This document shows, in pieces, positions 40,060 through 54,756 of a DNA stretch of 64,000 nt (its first letter is position 1; each line of letters begins with the position of its first letter). This stretch comes from Auanema rhodensis (Eukaryota > Animalia > Nematoda), in NCBI GenBank assembly GCA_964057225.1, contig OZ059900.1:4154001-4218000 (forward strand), in the 5' to 3' direction. The notes below the pieces were generated by a model. The model was not told the origin of the DNA. It saw nothing but the letters and a program-made list of their open reading frames with translations, and made no database searches. The position numbers and the translations under genes were made by a program.

Positions 40060-41566
40060 AAATACTTTTCCTGCAAAAATACACCTACAAACTACTTTTC
40101 CTGCAAAATTACACGAAAAAAAATTTTTCCTGCAAAAATACACAAAGAAAAAGTTTTCATGTATAAATACACGAAAAATAATTTTTCCTGCAAAAATACA
40201 CAAAGAAAAAGTTTTCATGTATAAATACACAAAGAAAAAGTTTTCATGTATAAATACACGAAGAAACTACTTTTCCTGCAAAAATACACAAAGAAAAAGT
40301 TTTCATGTATAAATACACGAAAAATAATTTTTCCTGCAAAAATACACAAAGAAAAAGTTTTCATGTATAAATACACAAAGAAAAAGTTTTCATGTATAAA
40401 TACACGAAGAAACTACTTTTCCTGCAAAAATACACAAAGAAAAAGTTTTCATGTATAAATACACGAAAAAAAGTTTTTCCTGCAAAAATACACGAAGAAA
40501 CTACTTTTACCGCAAAAATACACGAAGAAAAAGTTTTCATGTATAAATACACGAAAAATAATTTTTCCTGCAAAAATACACAAAGAAAAAGTTTTCATGT
40601 ATAAATACACAAAGAAAAAGTTTTCATGTATAAATACACGAAGAAACTACTTTTCCTGCAAAAATACACAAAGAAAAAGTTTTCATGTATAAATACACGA
40701 AGAAACTACTTTTCCTGCAAAAATACACAAAGAAAAAGTTTTCATGTATAAATACACGAAAAATAATTTTTCCTGCAAAAATACACAAAGAAAAAGTTTT
40801 CATGTATAAATACACAAAGAAAAAGTTTTCATGTATAAATACACGAAGAAACTACTTTTCCTGCAAAAATACACAAAGAAAAAGTTTTCATGTATAAATA
40901 CACGAAAAATAATTTTTCCTGCAAAAATACACAAAGAAAAAGTTTTCATGTATAAATACACAAAGAAAAAGTTTTCATGTATAAATACACGAAGAAACTA
41001 CTTTTCCTGCAAAAATACACAAAGAAAAAGTTTTCATGTATAAATACACGAAAAAAAGTTTTTCCTGCAAAAATACACGAAGAAACTACTTTTACCGCAA
41101 AAATACACGAAGAAACTACTTTTCCTGCAAAAATACACCTACAAATTACATTTCCTGCAAAAATACACGAAAAAAAATTTTTCCTGCAAAAATACACAAA
41201 GAAAAAGTTTTCATGTATAAACACACGAAAAAAAATTTTTCCTGCAAAAATACACGAAGAAACTACTTTTCTTGCAAAAATACACAAAGAAAAAGTTTTC
41301 CTGCAAATATACACGAAAAAAAATTTTTCCTGCAAAAATACACGAAAAAAAATTTTTCCTGCAAAAATACACGAAAAAAAATTTTTCCTGCAAAAATACA
41401 CGAAAAAAAATTTTTCCTGCAAAAATACACGAAAAAAAATTTTTCCTACAAAAATACACAAAAAAAAATTTTTCCCTGCAAAAATACTAAAAAAAAAAAA
41501 ATTTTTCCCTTGTAAAAATTCACTAAAAAATTTTTCTCCCTGCAAAAATGCGAAAAAAAAAAATTT
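40060..41566. repeat. Longest IGS minisatellite array (~1.5 kb) with expanded 146-bp higher-order repeats
   Basis: Same monomers as 1011-1870; identical anchors at 40685, 40831 and 40977 (146-bp steps). Confidence 0.93.
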
Positions 41567-42489
41567 ATTCAGAAATACTTCCCCGAAGACATATGGTATC
41601 AAAATTTCGTTCCTCTCTCATTTACTTGATTGATTCTGTCAGCGCTGTATGCTCAAGTAAAAGATTAAGCCATGCATGTATAAAGTTCATCATTTTTGAG
41701 AAACTGCGATAGGCTCACAGCTCAGAGACCAAAAAAATTTCCAAGTCCAAAAAAAATTTTTTTTTCAACATGTTTTCACGATACTCTCAAAACATTTTTT
41801 ACACATTTTTAAAGAGTTTTAACATTGGAATTGAGAAACAAAATTTTTTTTTTACTTGATTGATTCTGTCAGCGCTGTAGCTTTCGTCAAGGATTAAGCC
41901 ATGCCAACCGCTCACCGACCACAAAAAAATTTTTTTCACGTACTTGATTGATTCTGTCAGCGCTGTATGCTCAAGTAAAAGATTAAGCCATGCATGTAGA
42001 AAGTTGAACTTTTTAAGCCAAACCGCCAACCGACCAAAAATTTTGTCTAGTCAAAAATTATGGAAATTTTTGAAAAAATATGCAAATTTTTTTTTCCAAA
42101 ACTATTTTTCAGAGTAGTCTTATTCTATTTTCTGACTCTTTTTACATATTTTACACTATATATGAAATATGTTTTGGAAAATTTCCCGATATGGCTTAAT
42201 CCTTGAGGAAAGCTACAGCGCTGACAGAATCAATCAAGTAAAATTTGCCATTTTTATCAAAATTTTTGATTTTTTAAATTAAAATTCTCGGGTGACCATT
42301 TATATGCGCTTTTTTTTGAAAAATGGTTCCAATATTCCAATAAAGTATACTTTTTCTTACAAATAAAGTATACCTTTTCTTACAAATAAAGTATACCTTT
42401 TTTAAAATAAGGTATCAATATTGCTATCGCTATATACAATCAATAAAACGTTATTTGAAACAAGAATAAGGTATACTTTCAGGTATAAA

Positions 42490-42561
42490 ACAAAACATCC
42501 AATCAAAGGATAGTCTCAACAGATCGCAGTTTATAAAGACTGCTCTACTGGATACAACACC
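42490..42561 (-). rRNA. 28S 3'-terminal fragment
   Basis: Copy of 2794-2865. Confidence 0.88.
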
Positions 42562-43405
42562 TACGAATGCCCCCGAATCGTCCCTATTAATCATTAATTC
42601 GACTCTCAAACCAATAAATAGAACCGAAGTCCTCTTTTATTATTCCATGATAGCACATACAAGCAATCGCTTGCTTTGAGCGCTTTGATTTATTCAAAGT
42701 AAACCCGAGCCAGTATACACACCGAAGTACATACACAAAACCGACAAAATAGACACATCTATGATTACCGGCAAGCCGTATCACAGAAAATGCCTCAGAT
42801 CCAACTACGAGCTTTTTAACTACAGCAATAACGTTTTACACTAGTGGAGCTGGAATTACCGCGGCTGCTGGCACCAGACTTGCCCTCCACTGGGTCCTTG
42901 TAGAGCTATTTAAGCTCAGCTCAGTGAAATAATCAATCTAAAAAGATTGATCTTTTTATTTTTAGTTACTATCTCACTGAAGTAGTGGATAAGTTACGCG
43001 CCTGCTGCCTTCCTTGGATGTGGTAGCCGTTTCTAAGGCTCCCTCTCCGGAGTCGAACCCTAATTCTCCGTTACCCGTGATCACCATGGTAAAACTCTAT
43101 ATTACCATCAGGTTGATAGGGCAAACATTAATCTCGAAAAAAGACAGTAAAACCGTCGATTAACTGGGTTATTCAGAGTCAACAAACATTAAATTGGTTT
43201 GTACTAATAACTGCGTTGAACTTGGGAAGAAGAACAACTATTAAGCATGTATTAGCTCCAGAATTACCACAGTTATCCATAGAAATCGAGAAAAATCATA
43301 TCTGCTCTAATGAGCCGTTCGCAGTTTCTCAAAAATAATGAACTTTATACATGCATGGCTTAATCTTTTACTTGAGCATACAGCGCTGACAGAATCAATC
43401 AGATT
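42562..43405 (-). rRNA. 18S 5' fragment (truncated)
   Basis: Copy of 2866-3709. Confidence 0.97.
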
Positions 43406-45329
43406 CGCAATAGAGAATCCATTATTTCTTACTAAACAATATAAATATCGAGAAGTAGAATAATTTTTTTTTCCCAATTCACCAAAAAAATTAAGAAAGT
43501 TGAAAAATCACACAGAAACGACACATTATAGAAAATATTCACATTTTTCAATGTGAACAAGTAAAATTGCAGATAACGAAAATTATTGTAAAAATTTTCT
43601 CCTGCTACCTTACGATTGTGATATCGTTTCGGTGAATAGTGTAACAATCTTCAGATATTATTTCATAATGTTTATATTCCGATGAAACATTCCAGTAAAA
43701 ATTTTATGTAAAATACTTTTCCTGCAAAAATACACCTACAAACTACTTTTCCTGCAAAATTACACGAAAAAAAATTTTTCCTGCAAAAATACACAAAGAA
43801 AAAGTTTTCATGTATAAATACACGAAAAATAATTTTTCCTGCAAAAATACACAAAGAAAAAGTTTTCATGTATAAATACACAAAGAAAAAGTTTTCATGT
43901 ATAAATACACGAAGAAACTACTTTTCCTGCAAAAATACACAAAGAAAAAGTTTTCATGTATAAATACACGAAAAAAAGTTTTTCCTGCAAAAATACACGA
44001 AGAAACTACTTTTACCGCAAAAATACACGAAGAAACTACTTTTCCTGCAAAAATACACCTACAAATTACATTTCCTGCAAAAATACACGAAAAAAAATTT
44101 TTCCTGCAAAAATACACAAAGAAAAAGTTTTCATGTATAAACACACGAAAAAAAATTTTTCCTGCAAAAATACACGAAGAAACTACTTTTCTTGCAAAAA
44201 TACACAAAGAAAAAGTTTTCCTGCAAATATACACGAAAAAAAATTTTTCCTGCAAAAATACACAAAAAAAACTTTTTCCTGCAAAAATACACGAAAAAAA
44301 ATTTTTCCTACAAAAATACACAAAAAAAAATTTTTCCCTGCAAAAATTCTAAAAAAAAATTTTTCCCTTGTAAAAATTCACTAAAAAAATTTTCTCCCTG
44401 CAAAAATGCGAAAAAAAAAAAATTTATTCAGAAATACTTCCCCGAAGACATATGGTATCAAAATTTCGTTCCTCTCTCATTTACTTGATTGATTCTGTCA
44501 GCGCTGTATGCTCAAGTAAAAGATTAAGCCATGCATGTATAAAGTTCATCATTTTTGAGAAACTGCGATAGGCTCACAGCTCAGAGACCAAAAAAATTTT
44601 TTTTTCAACATGTTTTCACGATACTCTCAAAACATTTTTTACACATTTTTAAAGAGTTTTAACATTGGAATTGAGAAACAAAATTTTTTTTTTACTTGAT
44701 TGATTCTGTCAGCGCTGTAGCTTTCGTCAAGGATTAAGCCATGCCAACCGCTCACCGACCACAAAAAAATTTTTTTCACGTACTTGATTGATTCTGTCAG
44801 CGCTGTATGCTCAAGTAAAAGATTAAGCCATGCATGTAGAAAGTTGAACTTTTTAAGCCAAACCGCCAACCGACCAAAAATTTTGTCTAGTCAAAAATTA
44901 TGGAAATTTTTGAAAAAATATGCAAATTTTTTTTTTCAAAACTATTTTTCAGAGTAGTCTTATTCTATTTTCTGACTCTTTTTACATATTTTACACTATA
45001 TATGAAATATGTTTTGGAAAATTTCCCGATATGGCTTAATCCTTGAGGAAAGCTACAGCGCTGACAGAATCAATCAAGTAAAATTTGCCATTTTTATCAA
45101 AATTTTTGATTTTTTAAATTAAAATTCTCGGGTGACCATTTATATGCGCTTTTTTTTGAAAAATGGTTCCAATATTCCAATAAAGTATACTTTTTCTTAC
45201 AAATAAAGTATACCTTTTCTTACAAATAAAGTATACCTTTTTTAAAATAAGGTATCAATATTGCTATCGCTATATACAATCAATAAAACGTTATTTGAAA
45301 CAAGAATAAGGTATACTTTCAGGTATAAA

Positions 45330-45401
45330 ACAAAACATCCAATCAAAGGATAGTCTCAACAGATCGCAGTTTATAAAGACTGCTCTACTGGATACAACAC
45401 C
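45330..45401 (-). rRNA. 28S 3'-terminal fragment
   Basis: Copy of 2794-2865. Confidence 0.88.
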
Positions 45402-46245
45402 TACGAATGCCCCCGAATCGTCCCTATTAATCATTAATTCGACTCTCAAACCAATAAATAGAACCGAAGTCCTCTTTTATTATTCCATGATAGCACATAC
45501 AAGCAATCGCTTGCTTTGAGCGCTTTGATTTATTCAAAGTAAACCCGAGCCAGTATACACACCGAAGTACATACACAAAACCGACAAAATAGACACATCT
45601 ATGATTACCGGCAAGCCGTATCACAGAAAATGCCTCAGATCCAACTACGAGCTTTTTAACTACAGCAATAACGTTTTACACTAGTGGAGCTGGAATTACC
45701 GCGGCTGCTGGCACCAGACTTGCCCTCCACTGGGTCCTTGTAGAGCTATTTAAGCTCAGCTCAGTGAAATAATCAATCTAAAAAGATTGATCTTTTTATT
45801 TTTAGTTACTATCTCACTGAAGTAGTGGATAAGTTACGCGCCTGCTGCCTTCCTTGGATGTGGTAGCCGTTTCTAAGGCTCCCTCTCCGGAGTCGAACCC
45901 TAATTCTCCGTTACCCGTGATCACCATGGTAAAACTCTATATTACCATCAGGTTGATAGGGCAAACATTAATCTCGAAAAAAGACAGTAAAACCGTCGAT
46001 TAACTGGGTTATTCAGAGTCAACAAACATTAAATTGGTTTGTACTAATAACTGCGTTGAACTTGGGAAGAAGAACAACTATTAAGCATGTATTAGCTCCA
46101 GAATTACCACAGTTATCCATAGAAATCGAGAAAAATCATATCTGCTCTAATGAGCCGTTCGCAGTTTCTCAAAAATAATGAACTTTATACATGCATGGCT
46201 TAATCTTTTACTTGAGCATACAGCGCTGACAGAATCAATCAGATT
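45402..46245 (-). rRNA. 18S 5' fragment (truncated)
   Basis: Copy of 2866-3709. Confidence 0.97.
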
Positions 46246-48372
46246 CGCAATAGAGAATCCATTATTTCTTACTAAACAATATAAATATCGAGAAGTAGAA
46301 TAATTTTTTTTTCCCAATTCACCAAAAAAATTAAGAAAGTTGAAAAATCACACAGAAACGACACATTATAGAAAATATTCACATTTTTCAATGTGAACAA
46401 GTAAAATTGCAGATAACGAAAATTATTGTAAAAATTTTCTCCTGCTACCTTACGATTGTGATATCGTTTCGGTGAATAGTGTAACAATCTTCAGATATTA
46501 TTTCATAATGTTTATATTCCGATGAAACATTCCAGTAAAAATTTTATGTAAAATACTTTTCCTGCAAAAATACACCTACAAACTACTTTTCCTGCAAAAT
46601 TACACGAAAAAAAATTTTTCCTGCAAAAATACACAAAGAAAAAGTTTTCATGTATAAATACACAAAGAAAAAGTTTTCATGTATAAATACACGAAGAAAC
46701 TACTTTTCCTGCAAAAATACACAAAGAAAAAGTTTTCATGTATAAATACACGAAAAATAATTTTTCCTGCAAAAATACACAAAGAAAAAGTTTTCATGTA
46801 TAAATACACAAAGAAAAAGTTTTCATGTATAAATACACGAAGAAACTACTTTTCCTGCAAAAATACACAAAGAAAAAGTTTTCATGTATAAATACACGAA
46901 AAATAATTTTTCCTGCAAAAATACACAAAGAAAAAGTTTTCATGTATAAATACACAAAGAAAAAGTTTTCATGTATAAATACACGAAGAAACTACTTTTC
47001 CTGCAAAAATACACAAAGAAAAAGTTTTCATGTATAAATACACGAAAAAAAGTTTTTCCTGCAAAAATACACGAAGAAACTACTTTTACCGCAAAAATAC
47101 ACGAAGAAACTACTTTTCCTGCAAAAATACACCTACAAATTACATTTCCTGCAAAAATACACGAAAAAAAATTTTTCCTGCAAAAATACACAAAGAAAAA
47201 GTTTTCATGTATAAACACACGAAAAAAAATTTTTCCTGCAAAAATACACGAAGAAACTACTTTTCTTGCAAAAATACACAAAGAAAAAGTTTTCCTGCAA
47301 ATATACACGAAAAAAAATTTTTCCTGCAAAAATACACGAAAAAAAATTTTTCCTGCAAAAATACACGAAAAAAAATTTTTCCTACAAAAATTCTAAAAAA
47401 AAATTTTTCCCTTGTAAAAATTCACTAAAAAATTTTTCTCCCTGCAAAAATGCGAAAAAAAAAAATTTATTCAGAAATACTTCCCCGAAGACATATGGTA
47501 TCAAAATTTCGTTCCTCTCTCATTTACTTGATTGATTCTGTCAGCGCTGTATGCTCAAGTAAAAGATTAAGCCATGCATGTATAAAGTTCATCATTTTTG
47601 AGAAACTGCGATAGGCTCACAGCTCAGAGACCAAAAAAATTTTTTTTTCAACATGTTTTCACGATACTCTCAAAACATTTTTTACACATTTTTAAAGAGT
47701 TTTAACATTGGAATTGAGAAACAAAATTTTTTTTTTACTTGATTGATTCTGTCAGCGCTGTAGCTTTCGTCAAGGATTAAGCCATGCCAACCGGTCACCG
47801 ACCACAAAAAAATTTTTTTCACGTACTTGATTGATTCTGTCAGCGCTGTATGCTCAAGTAAAAGATTAAGCCATGCATGTAGAAAGTTGAACTTTTTAAG
47901 CCAAACCGCCAACCGACCAAAAATTTTGTCTAGTCAAAAATTATGGAAATTTTTGAAAAAATATGCAAATTTTTTTTTTCAAAACTATTTTTCAGAGTAG
48001 TCTTATTCTATTTTCTGACTCTTTTTACATATTTTACACTATATATGAAATATGTTTTGGAAAATTTCCCGATATGGCTTAATCCTTGAGGAAAGCTACA
48101 GCGCTGACAGAATCAATCAAGTAAAATTTGCCATTTTTATCAAAATTTTTGATTTTTTAAATTAAAATTCTCGGGTGACCATTTATATGCGCTTTTTTTT
48201 GAAAAATGGTTCCAATATTCCAATAAAGTATACTTTTTCTTACAAATAAAGTATACCTTTTCTTACAAATAAAGTATACCTTTTTTAAAATAAGGTATCA
48301 ATATTGCTATCGCTATATACAATCAATAAAACGTTATTTGAAACAAGAATAAGGTATACTTTCAGGTATAAA

Positions 48373-48444
48373 ACAAAACATCCAATCAAAGGATAGTCTC
48401 AACAGATCGCAGTTTATAAAGACTGCTCTACTGGATACAACACC
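48373..48444 (-). rRNA. 28S 3'-terminal fragment
   Basis: Copy of 2794-2865. Confidence 0.88.
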
Positions 48445-49288
48445 TACGAATGCCCCCGAATCGTCCCTATTAATCATTAATTCGACTCTCAAACCAATAA
48501 ATAGAACCGAAGTCCTCTTTTATTATTCCATGATAGCACATACAAGCAATCGCTTGCTTTGAGCGCTTTGATTTATTCAAAGTAAACCCGAGCCAGTATA
48601 CACACCGAAGTACATACACAAAACCGACAAAATAGACACATCTATGATTACCGGCAAGCCGTATCACAGAAAATGCCTCAGATCCAACTACGAGCTTTTT
48701 AACTACAGCAATAACGTTTTACACTAGTGGAGCTGGAATTACCGCGGCTGCTGGCACCAGACTTGCCCTCCACTGGGTCCTTGTAGAGCTATTTAAGCTC
48801 AGCTCAGTGAAATAATCAATCTAAAAAGATTGATCTTTTTATTTTTAGTTACTATCTCACTGAAGTAGTGGATAAGTTACGCGCCTGCTGCCTTCCTTGG
48901 ATGTGGTAGCCGTTTCTAAGGCTCCCTCTCCGGAGTCGAACCCTAATTCTCCGTTACCCGTGATCACCATGGTAAAACTCTATATTACCATCAGGTTGAT
49001 AGGGCAAACATTAATCTCGAAAAAAGACAGTAAAACCGTCGATTAACTGGGTTATTCAGAGTCAACAAACATTAAATTGGTTTGTACTAATAACTGCGTT
49101 GAACTTGGGAAGAAGAACAACTATTAAGCATGTATTAGCTCCAGAATTACCACAGTTATCCATAGAAATCGAGAAAAATCATATCTGCTCTAATGAGCCG
49201 TTCGCAGTTTCTCAAAAATAATGAACTTTATACATGCATGGCTTAATCTTTTACTTGAGCATACAGCGCTGACAGAATCAATCAGATT
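48445..49288 (-). rRNA. 18S 5' fragment (truncated)
   Basis: Copy of 2866-3709. Confidence 0.97.
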
Positions 49289-51729
49289 CGCAATAGAGAA
49301 TCCATTATTTCTTACTAAACAATATAAATATCGAGAAGTAGAATAATTTTTTTTTCCCAATTCACCAAAAAAATTAAGAAAGTTGAAAAATCACACAAAA
49401 ACGACACATTATAGAAAATATTCACATTTTTCAATGTGAACAAGTAAAATTGCAGATAACGAAAATTATTGTAAAAATTTTCTCCTGCTACCTTACGATT
49501 GTGATATCGTTTCGGTGAATAGTGTAACAATCTTCAGATATTATTTCATAATGTTTATATTCCGATGAAACATTCCAGTAAAAATTTTATGTAAAATACT
49601 TTTCCTGCAAAAATACACCTACAAACTACTTTTCCTGCAAAATTACACGAAAAAAAATTTTTCCTGCAAAAATACACAAAGAAAAAGTTTTCATGTATAA
49701 ATACACGAAAAATAATTTTTCCTGCAAAAATACACAAAGAAAAAGTTTTCATGTATAAATACACAAAGAAAAAGTTTTCATGTATAAATACACGAAGAAA
49801 CTACTTTTCCTGCAAAAATACACAAAGAAAAAGTTTTCATGTATAAATACACGAAAAATAATTTTTCCTGCAAAAATACACGAAGAAACTACTTTTACCG
49901 CAAAAATACACGAAGAAACTACTTTTCCTGCAAAAATACACCTACAAACTACTTTTCCTGCAAAAATACACGAAAAAAAATTTTTCCTGCAAAAATACAC
50001 AAAGAAAAAGTTTTCATGTATAAATACACGAAAAAAAATTTTTCCTGCAAAAATACACGAAGAAACTACTTTTCTTGCAAAAATACACAAAGAAAAAGTT
50101 TTCCTGCAAATATACACGAAAAAAAATTTTTCCTGCAAAAATACACCTACAAACTACTTTTACCGCAAAAATACACGAAGAAACTACTTTTCCTGCAAAA
50201 ATACACCTACAAACTACTTTTCCTGCAAAAATACACGAAAAAAAATTTTTCCTGCAAAAATACACAAAGAAAAAGTTTTCATGTATAAATACAAGAAAAA
50301 AAAGTTTTCATGTATAAATACACGAAGAAACTACTTTTCCTGCAAAAATACACAAAGAAAAAGTTTTCATGTATAAATACACGAAAAAAAATTTTTCCTG
50401 CAAAAATACACGAAGAAACTACTTTTCTTGCAAAAATACACAAAGAAAAAGTTTTCCTGCAAATATACACGAAAAAAAATTTTTCCTGCAAAAATACACA
50501 AAAAAACATTTTTCCTGCAAAAATACACGAAGAAACTACTTTTCCTGCAAAAATACACAAAGAAAAAGTTTTCATGTATAAATACACGAAAAAAAATTTT
50601 TCCTGCAAAAATACACCAAGAAACTACTTTTCCTGCAAAAATACACAAAAAAAACTTTTTCCTGCAAAAATACACGAAAAAAAATTTTTCCTACAAAAAT
50701 ACACAAAAAAAATTTTTCCCTGCAAAAATTCTAAAAAAAAATTTTTCCCTTGTAAAAATTCACTAAAAAATTTTTCTCCCTGCAAAAATGCGAAAAAAAA
50801 AAATTTATTCAGAAATACTTCCCCGAAGACATATGGTATCAAAATTTCGTTCCTCTCTCATTTACTTGATTGATTCTGTCAGCGCTGTATGCTCAAGTAA
50901 AAGATTAAGCCATGCATGTATAAAGTTCATCATTTTTGAGAAACTGCGATAGGCTCACAGCTCAGAGACCAAAAAAATTTCCAAGTCCAAAAAAAATTTT
51001 TTTTTCAACATGTTTTCACGATACTCTCAAAACATTTTTTACACATTTTTAAAGAGTTTTAACATTGGAATTGAGAAACAAAATTTTTTTTTTACTTGAT
51101 TGATTCTGTCAGCGCTGTAGCTTTCGTCAAGGATTAAGCCATGCCAACCGCTCACCGACCACAAAAAAATTTTTTTCACGTACTTGATTGATTCTGTCAG
51201 CGCTGTATGCTCAAGTAAAAGATTAAGCCATGCATGTAGAAAGTTGAACTTTTTAAGCCAAACCGCCAACCGACCAAAAATTTTGTCTAGTCAAAAATTA
51301 TGGAAATTTTTGAAAAAATATGCAAATTTTTTTTTTCAAAACTATTTTTCAGAGTAGTCTTATTCTATTTTCTGACTCTTTTTACATGTTTTACACTATA
51401 TATGAAATATGTTTTGGAAAATTTCCCGATATGGCTTAATCCTTGAGGAAAGCTACAGCGCTGACAGAATCAATCAAGTAAAATTTGCCATTTTTATCAA
51501 AATTTTTGATTTTTTAAATTAAAATTCTCGGGTGACCATTTATATGCGCTTTTTTTTGAAAAATGGTTCCAATATTCCAATAAAGTATACTTTTTCTTAC
51601 AAATAAAGTATACCTTTTCTTACAAATAAAGTATACCTTTTTTAAAATAAGGTATCAATATTGCTATCGCTATATACAATCAATAAAACGTTATTTGAAA
51701 CAAGAATAAGGTATACTTTCAGGTATAAA

Positions 51730-51801
51730 ACAAAACATCCAATCAAAGGATAGTCTCAACAGATCGCAGTTTATAAAGACTGCTCTACTGGATACAACAC
51801 C
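51730..51801 (-). rRNA. 28S 3'-terminal fragment
   Basis: Copy of 2794-2865. Confidence 0.88.
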
Positions 51802-52645
51802 TACGAATGCCCCCGAATCGTCCCTATTAATCATTAATTCGACTCTCAAACCAATAAATAGAACCGAAGTCCTCTTTTATTATTCCATGATAGCACATAC
51901 AAGCAATCGCTTGCTTTGAGCGCTTTGATTTATTCAAAGTAAACCCGAGCCAGTATACACACCGAAGTACATACACAAAACCGACAAAATAGACACATCT
52001 ATGATTACCGGCAAGCCGTATCACAGAAAATGCCTCAGATCCAACTACGAGCTTTTTAACTACAGCAATAACGTTTTACACTAGTGGAGCTGGAATTACC
52101 GCGGCTGCTGGCACCAGACTTGCCCTCCACTGGGTCCTTGTAGAGCTATTTAAGCTCAGCTCAGTGAAATAATCAATCTAAAAAGATTGATCTTTTTATT
52201 TTTAGTTACTATCTCACTGAAGTAGTGGATAAGTTACGCGCCTGCTGCCTTCCTTGGATGTGGTAGCCGTTTCTAAGGCTCCCTCTCCGGAGTCGAACCC
52301 TAATTCTCCGTTACCCGTGATCACCATGGTAAAACTCTATATTACCATCAGGTTGATAGGGCAAACATTAATCTCGAAAAAAGACAGTAAAACCGTCGAT
52401 TAACTGGGTTATTCAGAGTCAACAAACATTAAATTGGTTTGTACTAATAACTGCGTTGAACTTGGGAAGAAGAACAACTATTAAGCATGTATTAGCTCCA
52501 GAATTACCACAGTTATCCATAGAAATCGAGAAAAATCATATCTGCTCTAATGAGCCGTTCGCAGTTTCTCAAAAATAATGAACTTTATACATGCATGGCT
52601 TAATCTTTTACTTGAGCATACAGCGCTGACAGAATCAATCAGATT
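51802..52645 (-). rRNA. 18S 5' fragment (truncated)
   Basis: Copy of 2866-3709. Confidence 0.97.
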
Positions 52646-54684
52646 CGCAATAGAGAATCCATTATTTCTTACTAAACAATATAAATATCGAGAAGTAGAA
52701 TAATTTTTTTTTCCCAATTCACCAAAAAAATTAAGAAAGTTGAAAAATCACACAGAAACGACACATTATAGAAAATATTCACATTTTTCAATGTGAACAA
52801 GTAAAATTGCAGATAACGAAAATTATTGTAAAAATTTTCTCCTGCTACCTTACGATTGTGATATCGTTTCGGTGAATAGTGTAACAATCTTCAGATATTA
52901 TTTCATAATGTTTATATTCCGATGAAACATTCCAGTAAAAATTTTATGTAAAATACTTTTCCTGCAAAAATACACCTACAAACTACTTTTCCTGCAAAAT
53001 TACACGAAAAAAAAATTTTCCTGCAAAAATACACAAAGAAAAAGTTTTCATGTATAAATACACGAAAAATAATTTTTCCTGCAAAAATACACAAAGAAAA
53101 AGTTTTCATGTATAAATACACAAAGAAAAAGTTTTCATGTATAAATACACGAAGAAACTACTTTTCCTGCAAAAATACACAAAGAAAAAGTTTTCATGTA
53201 TAAATACACGAAAAATAATTTTTCCTGCAAAAATACACAAAGAAAAAGTTTTCATGTATAAATACACAAAGAAAAAGTTTTCATGTATAAATACACGAAG
53301 AAACTACTTTTCCTGCAAAAATACACAAAGAAAAAGTTTTCATGTATAAATACACGAAAAAAAGTTTTTCCTGCAAAAATACACGAAGAAACTACTTTTA
53401 CCGCAAAAATACACGAAGAAACTACTTTTCCTGCAAAAATACACCTACAAATTACATTTCCTGCAAAAATACACGAAAAAAAATTTTTCCTGCAAAAATA
53501 CACAAAGAAAAAGTTTTCATGTATAAACACACGAAAAAAAATTTTTCCTGCAAAAATACACGAAGAAACTACTTTTCTTGCAAAAATACACAAAGAAAAA
53601 GTTTTCCTGCAAATATACACGAAAAAAAATTTTTCCTGCAAAAATACACGAAAAAAAATTTTTCCTGCAAAAATACACGAAAAAAAATTTTTCCTACAAA
53701 AATTCTAAAAAAAAATTTTTCCCTTGTAAAAATTCACTAAAAAATTTTTCTCCCTGCAAAAATGCGAAAAAAAAAAATTTATTCAGAAATACTTCCCCGA
53801 AGACATATGGTATCAAAATTTCGTTCCTCTCTCATTTACTTGATTGATTCTGTCAGCGCTGTATGCTCAAGTAAAAGATTAAGCCATGCATGTATAAAGT
53901 TCATCATTTTTGAGAAACTGCGATAGGCTCACAGCTCAGAGACCAAAAAAATTTTTTTTTCAACATGTTTTCACGATACTCTCAAAACATTTTTTACACA
54001 TTTTTAAAGAGTTTTAACATTGGAATTGAGAAACAAAATTTTTTTTTTACTTGATTGATTCTGTCAGCGCTGTAGCTTTCGTCAAGGATTAAGCCATGCC
54101 AACCGGTCACCGACCACAAAAAAATTTTTTTCACGTACTTGATTGATTCTGTCAGCGCTGTATGCTCAAGTAAAAGATTAAGCCATGCATGTAGAAAGTT
54201 GAACTTTTTAAGCCAAACCGCCAACCGACCAAAAATTTTGTCTAGTCAAAAATTATGGAAATTTTTGAAAAAATATGCAAATTTTTTTTTTCAAAACTAT
54301 TTTTCAGAGTAGTCTTATTCTATTTTCTGACTCTTTTTACATATTTTACACTATATATGAAATATGTTTTGGAAAATTTCCCGATATGGCTTAATCCTTG
54401 AGGAAAGTTACAGCGCTGACAGAATCAATCAAGTAAAATTTGCCATTTTTATCAAAATTTTTGATTTTTTAAATTAAAATTCTCGGGTGACCATTTATAT
54501 GCGCTTTTTTTTGAAAAATGGTTCCAATATTCCAATAAAGTATACTTTTTCTTACAAATAAAGTATACCTTTTCTTACAAATAAAGTATACCTTTTTTAA
54601 AATAAGGTATCAATATTGCTATCGCTATATACAATCAATAAAACGTTATTTGAAACAAGAATAAGGTATACTTTCAGGTATAAA

Positions 54685-54756
54685 ACAAAACATCCAATCA
54701 AAGGATAGTCTCAACAGATCGCAGTTTATAAAGACTGCTCTACTGGATACAACACC
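54685..54756 (-). rRNA. 28S 3'-terminal fragment
   Basis: Copy of 2794-2865. Confidence 0.88.
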
